Positions 48,463 through 55,772 of a stretch of 64,000 nucleotides of DNA are shown one piece after another (position 1 is the stretch's first letter; each line of letters begins with the position of its first letter). The position numbers and the translations under genes were made by a program. The stretch spans positions 1,629 to 65,628 of the IMG/VR virus record IMGVR_UViG_3300032307_000539; one strand, 5' to 3'. Source of the stretch: a virus. Taxonomy: Duplodnaviria; Caudoviricetes. Below the pieces are notes generated by a model. The model searched no databases. It was not told where the DNA came from and was given only the letters and a program-made list of their open reading frames with translations.

Positions 48463-48723
48463 ATGACTTACATTGAAAAACTAGAAGAAGTTCTAAATGA
48501 AGACTTCTTAAAACTACTTGTGTATAATTGTAAAAAAACCGGTCGTGAACAAAGGCTTTACGAAGAGATTAATTACAATAACGCTGTGCTATTCATCTCA
48601 CGGCTCGTGGGAATATTTGAAACTGACAATAGTGATTATTGGTACGACGCACATTTATCCGTACATTCTCTTAATGTTATGGGTGATTTAGGAATTGAAG
48701 AACCAAAAAACATATTCAAATGA
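48463..48723 (+). CDS. hypothetical protein
   Basis: ORF in the small-gene array. Confidence 0.5.
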   Translation: MTYIEKLEEVLNEDFLKLLVYNCKKTGREQRLYEEINYNNAVLFISRLVGIFETDNSDYWYDAHLSVHSLNVMGDLGIEEPKNIFK

Positions 48724-49001
48724 AAGAAAATTTAAAATCAATCGTGAAAAACTTGGTCAACTTTTTTGACAAGAAAACCAAAGACTTATCTTTGATGAGT
48801 AGAAAACAAGAACTTAGCTACATAAAGTCTTCTGTTGCGGACCTTATCTTGAGGTCCAGACCAAACGGAGGGTGTTTAAGCGTCTCTGAAATCTGCGAAG
48901 TATTAAAGTATATCGAATCAGAAGTTGAGCAAAACATATTAGATAAAAAGCAACAGGCTATTGAACTTTTAGAGGAAATACAAAGTAACACTGATATTTA
49001 A
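48720..49001 (+). CDS. hypothetical protein
   Basis: ATGA-coupled ORF. Confidence 0.5.
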   Translation: MKENLKSIVKNLVNFFDKKTKDLSLMSRKQELSYIKSSVADLILRSRPNGGCLSVSEICEVLKYIESEVEQNILDKKQQAIELLEEIQSNTDI

Positions 49002-49024
49002 TCACAATCAACCGGAAAGAGACT

Positions 49025-49225
49025 ATGACAACATTTGAAACTTTATTAATAATCATCGTGTGGATAGGTTATGGAGTATTTAGCGCTTATCAAGCAATTA
49101 ATGTGAATAACAGATGTCACAATGCTAATTTAGGAATATATGTAATGTTTCCTATACTTTCGCCTATTATTCTTATAGCAAGAGTATTGCTAGGTATTTT
49201 TAACCATAATATATTTAAATCATGA
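49025..49225 (+). CDS. small membrane protein
   Basis: Two TMs. Confidence 0.5.
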   Translation: MTTFETLLIIIVWIGYGVFSAYQAINVNNRCHNANLGIYVMFPILSPIILIARVLLGIFNHNIFKS

Positions 49226-49494
49226 GAACAATCAAAGAACTATTACAAATAATGCTTGATAATCAAGACTTATTTCAAAGAGGATTATGCGGTTGGGCGT
49301 GTCGTATATATGAACATGACATAATAAACAATGAAGAACTTTCGGAGTTAGAAGATTACATAATAGACAACAGACCATCAAAATATTCTAGCATTAGTGC
49401 TTTTCTTTGTCAAAATTCCCTGTTTTATTGGACTCATGGTAATATTTCTCCAAGAATCAAATGGATTAAAAAGCATATTAAACTTAACTCTTAA
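49222..49494 (+). CDS. hypothetical protein
   Basis: ATGA-coupled ORF; GLC...FYW..G.ISPRIKW. Confidence 0.55.
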   Translation: MRTIKELLQIMLDNQDLFQRGLCGWACRIYEHDIINNEELSELEDYIIDNRPSKYSSISAFLCQNSLFYWTHGNISPRIKWIKKHIKLNS

Positions 49495-49527
49495 TAATCA
49501 CAAAAAACTAATAGAAATTGTAAAAGA

Positions 49528-49689
49528 ATGAAAATAATAGACAAACTTGTAATTATTGCAATGGGTTTATTTATATGCTTTAAAATTAGTTGGGAAACAC
49601 CGCTACCGTTAATAGGTCTGATTCCAATTTTATATGCAATAATTTATTTAATAATCCGAGGCTTTAATGATAATGATGATTGCGGCTAA
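49528..49689 (+). CDS. small membrane protein (53 aa, not in the ORF track)
   Basis: MKIIDKLVIIAMGLFICF...; its TAA lies inside GGCTAAC of attC-like site 1. Confidence 0.5.
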   Translation: MKIIDKLVIIAMGLFICFKISWETPLPLIGLIPILYAIIYLIIRGFNDNDDCG

Positions 49690-49822
49690 CGAACGATACT
49701 TGGCGTTCGGCATTGATAGAACGCACAAACCATTATTAACCTAATACACTTTATAAAATGAACCAAACGAACGAAAACCACGAAAACAATGCTGACGCTA
49801 AGTTATTATTAGGCGCAGTTAA
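49681..49822 (+). repeat. attC-like palindromic site 1
   Basis: TGCGGCTAAC..ACTTGGCGTTCGGCATTG ... CAATGCTGACGCTAAGT..ATTAGGCGCA imperfect inverted repeat. Confidence 0.6.
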
Positions 49823-50024
49823 AAAAAAGCACCCGATTGACAACGGAAAATGGATTATAGAAAAATTGGGAATGATGCCATATAACTTAGTTGAAAACCA
49901 TAAAAGTAAAACAGTTAGAAAAATTGGATTATTCCTATGTTTGATATGGTTGCCAATAGTAATGACACCATTCATTCCATATTTTTTATACAATATGGTA
50001 GAAGTGATTTTGCACGATGCTTAA
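49758..50024 (+). CDS. cassette-like membrane protein
   Basis: Starts inside site 1, ends at site 2; C-terminal TM. Confidence 0.55.
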   Translation: MNQTNENHENNADAKLLLGAVKKKHPIDNGKWIIEKLGMMPYNLVENHKSKTVRKIGLFLCLIWLPIVMTPFIPYFLYNMVEVILHDA

Positions 50025-50168
50025 TTGCGCCTAACGTGCCGATGCTATACGAAGGCGGGGAAATAGATGCACCCCCTGTCAGCCTTGCACAAATGACAAA
50101 TAGTAGCACAAACTTTCAATTGCGGAACGCTGCCCCGCTTTTGTATAGCATTTGTTGGCAGCAGTTAA
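50021..50168 (+). repeat. attC-like palindromic site 2
   Basis: GCCTAAC..ATGCTATACGAAGGCGGGG ... CCCCGCTTTTGTATAGCAT..GTTGGCA. Confidence 0.65.
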
Positions 50169-50178
50169 ATTTAAAGAG

Positions 50179-50457
50179 ATGACTTATGTAGTAATGACAA
50201 ACGGAAAAAAAGGGATGTTCTTGTTCCTTGTTGATAGAACTAAAATCAAGGACAGATGGTGGAGTTATGACTGGGCTGATGCAATGCAATTTCATAAACA
50301 AGATGCAGCCAAAACACAGGCAAGAAAATTGAGGTACAAAGAGCCAGAAGTCATAACGATTAATGAAGCTATTAAATTGACCAAAAGAAATGATGCCAAT
50401 TATGATTATGAAGTACAAGAACATCTCTTTTCTTCTGATGCACTTGGTCAATATTAG
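50179..50457 (+). CDS. cassette-like hypothetical protein
   Basis: ATG shortly after site 2; followed by a half site TTGCACACAAC. Confidence 0.55.
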   Translation: MTYVVMTNGKKGMFLFLVDRTKIKDRWWSYDWADAMQFHKQDAAKTQARKLRYKEPEVITINEAIKLTKRNDANYDYEVQEHLFSSDALGQY

Positions 50458-50583
50458 CGGTGTCGCTTTATTGCACACAACTCAAGGCTAACTGCATATT
50501 TTACCGACTTATACACCAAAACAAGGGGCATACCCCTAAAAAACCATAACAAAAAAAGAGTTTAACCTTAAAAAATTAGAAAA

Positions 50584-51390
50584 ATGAAAAACATACATTT
50601 AATACCAACGGATAAGGCGAGTATGTTATTTTATTATAACAATCACTTAGGATTAGCAAGAAATTTTGTAAAGAAAAATGATGGAGTTAATCCAAAACAC
50701 ATCTACATCACTTCTGATGAAGAAATTAAAGTTAACGACTATATTACAGATGGTTATAAAGTATGGAAGTGGAAAGATGATTCAAGTCTATTAGGCAGAA
50801 AAAAAGTTATTTTAACAACAGACCAAAATTTAATTGCTGATGGAATACAAGCTATTGATGATGAGTTCTTGGAATGGTTTGTTAAGAATCCAAGTTGTGA
50901 GTGGGTGGAGGTTAGATTTGACTACAAAAAATTCAGATGGAGCGACTTAAATAAGTCGCAATGTTACAAAATAATCATTCCAAAAGAAGAACCTAAGCCA
51001 CATTCATTCTGTGAAACACCAGAAGAAAAATGCACAATGAATTATTGTGATGAAAATGGTTGCCAAAATAGAGTAAGACACTTAGTAGAGCCACAAGAAG
51101 AACTTAAACAAGAAATCATATCAACAGAAGAAGACGCAAAGATTTTTGTAGACACTTTAGAAAACCCTCCTGCTCCTAATGAAAAGTTGAAAACAGCTTT
51201 TGAAAAACAATTAAATCAAGAAACACTTGAAGAAGCTGCGGAAAAGTATGGGTGGAGAATTAAAATAAATACATTCTCAGATAAAGTAAAAGCAAATGAA
51301 TTAGCAGAATCAGCACAACAAGATTTTATTGAAGGTGCTAAATCAGATGCAGCAAGAGACTATTGGTTTAAAATATTTAAAGAACAATAA
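50584..51390 (+). CDS. hypothetical protein (ETLEEAAE family)
   Basis: MKNIHLIPTDK..., IDDEFLEWFVKNPSCE, ETLEEAAE. Confidence 0.65.
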   Translation: MKNIHLIPTDKASMLFYYNNHLGLARNFVKKNDGVNPKHIYITSDEEIKVNDYITDGYKVWKWKDDSSLLGRKKVILTTDQNLIADGIQAIDDEFLEWFVKNPSCEWVEVRFDYKKFRWSDLNKSQCYKIIIPKEEPKPHSFCETPEEKCTMNYCDENGCQNRVRHLVEPQEELKQEIISTEEDAKIFVDTLENPPAPNEKLKTAFEKQLNQETLEEAAEKYGWRIKINTFSDKVKANELAESAQQDFIEGAKSDAARDYWFKIFKEQ

Positions 51391-51391
51391 G

Positions 51392-51661
51392 ATGGTAAGT
51401 AAAGAAACACTTGAAGAAGCTGCGGAGAAATTTTTAAATAAAGATGGTTTTAATTTTTATAACCATTATGATACAAGACCATCGTTTATCGCAGGCGCTA
51501 AATGGCAACAAGAACAAGATAAGAGTAAGTATAGTGAGGAAGAAGTTTTGAAATTTACTCAAACAATTCTTATGCAGTATAAGTTTGGTAATACAGACAT
51601 TGAACAAATGGATTTGCTAAAAGAAACTTTTCAATTATTTAAAAAACAAATAAGATTATGA
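51392..51661 (+). CDS. hypothetical protein (ETLEEAAE family)
   Basis: KETLEEAAE...FIAGAKWQQEQ..YSEEEV. Confidence 0.6.
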   Translation: MVSKETLEEAAEKFLNKDGFNFYNHYDTRPSFIAGAKWQQEQDKSKYSEEEVLKFTQTILMQYKFGNTDIEQMDLLKETFQLFKKQIRL

Positions 51662-52143
51662 AACAAACAGCGGAATATATAATGCCACATCTTACATTAT
51701 ACGAAGATGGCAGATTATATAATCATAAAACAAAAAAATTTAAGAAGTGGACAAAAGATACTAATGGCTATATGAAAACACAAATATGGGTTTGCGGGAA
51801 ACCTAAAAATGTAAGTCAGCACAGGTTATTAGCACAATCATTTATACCTAATCCTAAAAATAAGCCACAAGTTAATCATATTAATGGCATTAAACACGAC
51901 AACAGATTAGATAATCTTGAATGGGCAACACAATCTGAAAATAGCAAACACTCGTTTGCCAATGGTTTGCAAAAGACAACAAGACCACATATGAGAAAGG
52001 TTATAAATACTGATTCTCAAAAAATTTATGACTGCATATCTGATGCAGCAAAAGATATTAAAGTGTCTATTGGACATTTAAACTTGATGCTAAATGGTAA
52101 AAAAAACAATACAACTAAATTAAAAATTTATGAAAAAAGTTAG
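51658..52143 (+). CDS. HNH homing endonuclease
   Basis: HRLLAQSFIPNP..KPQVNHINGIKHDNRLDNLEW.T.SEN; C-terminal NUMOD1-like helix. Confidence 0.85.
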   Translation: MKQTAEYIMPHLTLYEDGRLYNHKTKKFKKWTKDTNGYMKTQIWVCGKPKNVSQHRLLAQSFIPNPKNKPQVNHINGIKHDNRLDNLEWATQSENSKHSFANGLQKTTRPHMRKVINTDSQKIYDCISDAAKDIKVSIGHLNLMLNGKKNNTTKLKIYEKS

Positions 52144-52327
52144 CGCAGTAGAATGGTTGGCACAACAATTAGAATCAATTACACAAGATTTATTTGAACA
52201 AGCCAAAGAAATAGAAAAGCAACAAATGAAAAATGCTGTATTGGCTCAAACAACAAAACACGAGGGATTAAGAAAAATATTTGAAAAGCAGTTTGAACAA
52301 TACTACAACGAAACATTTAAAAAATAG
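52130..52327 (+). CDS. hypothetical protein (AVEWL family)
   Basis: SAVEWL...FEQAKEIEKQQ...EQYYNETF. Confidence 0.6.
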   Translation: MKKVSAVEWLAQQLESITQDLFEQAKEIEKQQMKNAVLAQTTKHEGLRKIFEKQFEQYYNETFKK

Positions 52328-52331
52328 ACTT

Positions 52332-52574
52332 ATGACACTAAGAGAGAAGTTTAGCGAAGAACCTATAAACATTAATTTATATAATTTTAAATTAACAGTA
52401 GACTCAGCAAAAAAATTAGAAAAAATAGCAGATGAATTTGCTATTGGATTTGCTGTATGGTTATCAATGTGGTGTGAATTAGGAAGAGACCGAGATGGTT
52501 GGTACATTCATGGCGGAAAGTGGTACACTTCAAACGAACTATTAAAAATCTACAAAAAAGAAAAAGGATTATGA
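52332..52574 (+). CDS. hypothetical protein
   Basis: MTLREKF...IADEFAIGFA.W...ELLKIYKKEKGL. Confidence 0.55.
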   Translation: MTLREKFSEEPININLYNFKLTVDSAKKLEKIADEFAIGFAVWLSMWCELGRDRDGWYIHGGKWYTSNELLKIYKKEKGL

Positions 52575-52774
52575 GTAAAAGCTTATATGAGAAGTACAGA
52601 GAGATAGGTCTTTCAGAAAGCCGCATTGAAGAGTGTGGTGAAATAGTAGATGAATTTGTGTTGCACTTTTACGAATGGATGAAGCAAGAAGACACTAGTG
52701 ATAACGCAGAAAAATGGTTTGGGTTTACAGACAAAGATATGTTAAATGAATTTAAAGAGCAGTATGAGTATTGA
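52571..52774 (+). CDS. hypothetical protein
   Basis: ATGA-coupled; IVDEFVLHFYEW resembles the upstream gene. Confidence 0.5.
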   Translation: MSKSLYEKYREIGLSESRIEECGEIVDEFVLHFYEWMKQEDTSDNAEKWFGFTDKDMLNEFKEQYEY

Positions 52775-53189
52775 AGAAAAGAGAAGAGAGATTTTTTTAT
52801 TGATGAAGTCTAACAAAATTTCATTACATAGGTTTAAAACTTCCGAAGCTATGTTTTACAATGGCATTAAATGTGAGATGAAGCCTTCAGATTATGGTAA
52901 TGTGTACGGTGTTTTTGACACCTCTACAGACCTATATAAAGAAATAAGCGAAAACGACTTAGACCTGATATTAAAACACGGGCTAGACTTTGTGTGTGAC
53001 AGGCTTAAATACAATAGACGTTTAAAAAAGATTGAGAGACTTACAAGTAACTTAGAAAACGAAAAACACACGTCTTACGGAAAAGCAATTGTACTGTCAA
53101 CAATTGAAAACCTGAAAGAATCTATGAGTGAAATAAAAGAAAGAAGGAAAGAAGATAAAGATTTCTTTGTTGGTTTAGAAGTAATTTAG
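52764..53189 (+). CDS. hypothetical protein
   Basis: Coupled ORF. Confidence 0.55.
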   Translation: MSIEEKRREIFLLMKSNKISLHRFKTSEAMFYNGIKCEMKPSDYGNVYGVFDTSTDLYKEISENDLDLILKHGLDFVCDRLKYNRRLKKIERLTSNLENEKHTSYGKAIVLSTIENLKESMSEIKERRKEDKDFFVGLEVI

Positions 53190-53220
53190 TAAATTTGTAT
53201 AACAATCTAATTAATTTAAA

Positions 53221-53778
53221 ATGAGTGAAGTAAGAGAAAGATTACTAAAGGTTCAATCAGAACTAAAGGCTCCGAAGTCGCAGTACAACTCCTTCGGAAA
53301 GTACAATTACAGAAATCAAGAAGATATACTTGAGGCTGTAAAACCATTACTATCAAAACACGAGCTGTCAATGACGATTTCAGACGAGATTGTTTGTGTT
53401 GGAGAGCGTTACTATGTTAAAGCCACTGTGTTTATTTCGCATAAGGGAGAGGCTGTTTCTGTTAGTGCTTTCGCTAGAGAAGAAGAAAACAAGAAAGGTA
53501 TGGATGCTTCTCAATTAACGGGAGCTACGTCTTCTTACGCTAGAAAGTATGCCCTCAACGGTATGTTCTTGATTGACGACACTAAGGATTCTGACGCTAC
53601 TAATACGCATGGTAAGGATTCAAAATCACAATCATCCACAAAAGAACTTCCGGCAATAACGAAAGACAGGTTCGACAAGGCTTTAAAAGCAATTGCTTCT
53701 GGTGATTACACAATTGAGCAACTAAAGTCAACGTTTAGTTTATCAAAAGACCAAGAAGAAAAACTTTCCTCAATCTGA
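53221..53778 (+). CDS. erf: ERF-family ssDNA annealing protein
   Basis: LKAPKSQYNSFGKYNYR, QLTGATSSYARKYALNGMFLIDD.KDSD; promoter element TAAATTTG at 53190. Confidence 0.9.
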   Translation: MSEVRERLLKVQSELKAPKSQYNSFGKYNYRNQEDILEAVKPLLSKHELSMTISDEIVCVGERYYVKATVFISHKGEAVSVSAFAREEENKKGMDASQLTGATSSYARKYALNGMFLIDDTKDSDATNTHGKDSKSQSSTKELPAITKDRFDKALKAIASGDYTIEQLKSTFSLSKDQEEKLSSI

Positions 53779-53800
53779 TTACTAATTAAAACACTAATAA

Positions 53801-54472
53801 ATGAAGACATTTAAAGCAAGGGCATCTATGATGGGTGCTCTTTTTACTGAGCCTAGAGCCAAGAAAGATTTGATTTCTGCGACTTGCGAGTCTTACTTGC
53901 AGGATTGGTTTTTAGAGAACAAATGGGGTATTAAGAATGGCTTCTCTTCAAAGTATACAGACAAGGGAATATCTGTAGAGGAGGATGCTATTTCTATGTA
54001 CAATCGTGTTTTCAACGCTAATTGCGTTAAGAACGATGAGTGGTTTGAGGATGAATATTGTACCGGAACACCAGATATTATAAATGAAGATGAAGTAATA
54101 GATGTTAAGAACAGTTTTTCCGTAAAAACGTTTCCGTTCTTTGATAAGGAATTACCCAACAAAGGCTACTTCTACCAACTTCAAACATATATGAGGTTGA
54201 CCGGCAAGTCGAAAGCAAAGATTGTGTATTTTTTAATAGATACGCCAGAAGATATTATAGAAAGAGAAGCTAAGAGTATTTTGTACAAGGAAAACCTACC
54301 AAATGATTTTTATGATATTCTTCTTGAAGAGATAAGAGAGCAACATACGTATGGGCATATTCCTGAGAAAGAGCGAATCAAAGTGTTTGAGGTCTTAAGA
54401 GACGAAGATGTTATAAATGCAATCGAAAATAAAGTTAAATTTTGCAGGGAATTTATTGAAAAATCATTCTAA
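53801..54472 (+). CDS. YqaJ/lambda-type exonuclease
   Basis: RAS, KG..VEEDAI, TGTPDI, IDVK, YQLQTYM. Confidence 0.8.
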   Translation: MKTFKARASMMGALFTEPRAKKDLISATCESYLQDWFLENKWGIKNGFSSKYTDKGISVEEDAISMYNRVFNANCVKNDEWFEDEYCTGTPDIINEDEVIDVKNSFSVKTFPFFDKELPNKGYFYQLQTYMRLTGKSKAKIVYFLIDTPEDIIEREAKSILYKENLPNDFYDILLEEIREQHTYGHIPEKERIKVFEVLRDEDVINAIENKVKFCREFIEKSF

Positions 54473-54541
54473 TTTAATATATTTGCATAGGAGTTAGCTG
54501 AAAATCCTACAAAGAGTAAGCGAACATTTAAAACAATTACA

Positions 54542-54826
54542 ATGGCAAAATTAATTGCACTAAGCATTGATGTAAGTAAACTTGACAAAAGCAAATTTGT
54601 TAAGGGTAAAAAAGGTACTTACGCAAACATTACAATCTCTGTTAATGATGAAGAAGACCAATTTGGAAACAATGTTTCTGCTTGGGAAAGTCAAACAAAA
54701 GAAGAGAGAGATGAAAAGGCAAACAGAAACTTCTTAGGTAACGGTAAAACGGTATGGAGTAGTGATGGTGCACCTAAGTCTGGTGAAAGAGCTAAGGAAG
54801 AAGAGGAAGATGATTTGCCCTTCTAG
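54542..54826 (+). CDS. ssb: single-stranded DNA-binding protein
   Basis: Acidic tail ending DDLPF; follows erf/exo; own promoter element TATATTTG at 54478. Confidence 0.7.
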   Translation: MAKLIALSIDVSKLDKSKFVKGKKGTYANITISVNDEEDQFGNNVSAWESQTKEERDEKANRNFLGNGKTVWSSDGAPKSGERAKEEEEDDLPF

Positions 54827-54831
54827 TATTA

Positions 54832-54860
54832 AAGGGGGTTCGACTCCCCCTTGCTTTTCT
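54832..54860 (+). terminator. hairpin/terminator with a T-loop-like loop
   Basis: AAGGGGG-TTCGACT-CCCCCTT then GCTTTTCT. Confidence 0.5.
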
Positions 54861-54863
54861 GAG

Positions 54864-54997
54864 TAACTATTCGGATATATAATCTTTACTTGTCGGTAAG
54901 GTAGCTAGTGTGTTTGGTCGTATCTCCGTCGTTCCGAATAGTGATAGTTCATAATAGCGATGAAAACACATAAGACTGACAGCACGGAAATCCGTGT
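54864..54997 (+). ncRNA. candidate pseudoknotted ncRNA A
   Basis: 10-bp helix 54866-75/54933-42 crossed by a 7-bp helix 54909-15/54964-70; terminal hairpin CACGG-AAAT-CCGTG. Confidence 0.5.
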
Positions 54998-54999
54998 GC

Positions 55000-55088
55000 C
55001 ATCACTTGGTGTAAGCAGGAATGAATACTGCCGTGGGCAACATCCTTCCACAAGCGAAGGGATGAAGGTTCGAGTCCTTCAGTGGTGC
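55000..55088 (+). tRNA. atypical tRNA-like RNA (loop centre CAA) with a hairpin inserted in the D-loop
   Basis: Acceptor CATCACT/AGTGGTG; T-arm GAAGG-TTCGAGT-CCTTC; no U33. Confidence 0.55.
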
Positions 55089-55108
55089 TAACTTTAAATT
55101 AAATAACA

Positions 55109-55339
55109 ATGAATGAATTAACATTTGGAGAAAAGCTAGTGGGTCTAACATTTAATCCTTCAGGAGACCCTAATGTTCAAAGAGCAAAAGAACTTTGTGC
55201 TGAATTAGCTGATTTATTAAATCAAAATGCAGACCCTAATTCAGAAAGACCTTTATGTAGATTACTTTTTGATAAAGCAATTGGAGATATTTTAGATGCT
55301 CAAATGAATGTAGTTAAAGTATTGACTTTTAAATACTAA
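55109..55339 (+). CDS. Acb2/Tad1-like helical-hairpin protein (candidate anti-defence nucleotide sponge)
   Basis: FNPSGD..VQRAKELCAEL...AI..ILDAQMNVVKVLT resembles the family pattern. Confidence 0.6.
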   Translation: MNELTFGEKLVGLTFNPSGDPNVQRAKELCAELADLLNQNADPNSERPLCRLLFDKAIGDILDAQMNVVKVLTFKY

Positions 55340-55387
55340 AACTGTTTGGATTGGTTGTCACTATACAATGAATAAAGGAAGTGAAAC

Positions 55388-55522
55388 GGAGAGGTGGCGG
55401 AATAGGTGATGATGTGCTATTTATAGACGATTCTTAATATCCTAATAGTAGACGCAACCGAGTGAGCGGTGGTAGGTAATAGTCAATAACTACACTTGCA
55501 AGTTCAAATCTTGCCCTCTCCA
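55388..55522 (+). tRNA. atypical class II (Leu/Ser-like) tRNA-like RNA with ~40-nt D-loop insertion
   Basis: GGAGAGG/CCTCTCC acceptor, TGGCGGAAT...TAGACGC D-arm, GCAAG-TTCAAAT-CTTGC T-arm; aberrant anticodon arm. Confidence 0.6.
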
Positions 55523-55525
55523 CAA

Positions 55526-55767
55526 AAAACAACACATAGAAAGACAAACAGGTAATTGACCGATAAGTAAAGATAGGTTATGTGTAGGTGTTTGAACCTT
55601 GCGACTTGGGCACTAATCCCGCTATTATTTTAAAACATAACGGAATTACCAACACTACCAAGAAGTGTTACGTTTGTTCGAGTATGGTAAAAGTAGAGAG
55701 TTCGATTCCTCATTTAATTCCTATGGTTTAGGTTACTTTACCCCAATCTTGGTGGATGTGTTGTTTT
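55526..55767 (+). ncRNA. candidate ~240-nt multi-helix pseudoknotted ncRNA B
   Basis: Perfect 12-bp closing helix, at least five internal helices, a T-loop hairpin and a perfect 7-bp loop pseudoknot. Confidence 0.65.
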
Positions 55768-55772
55768 ATTTT

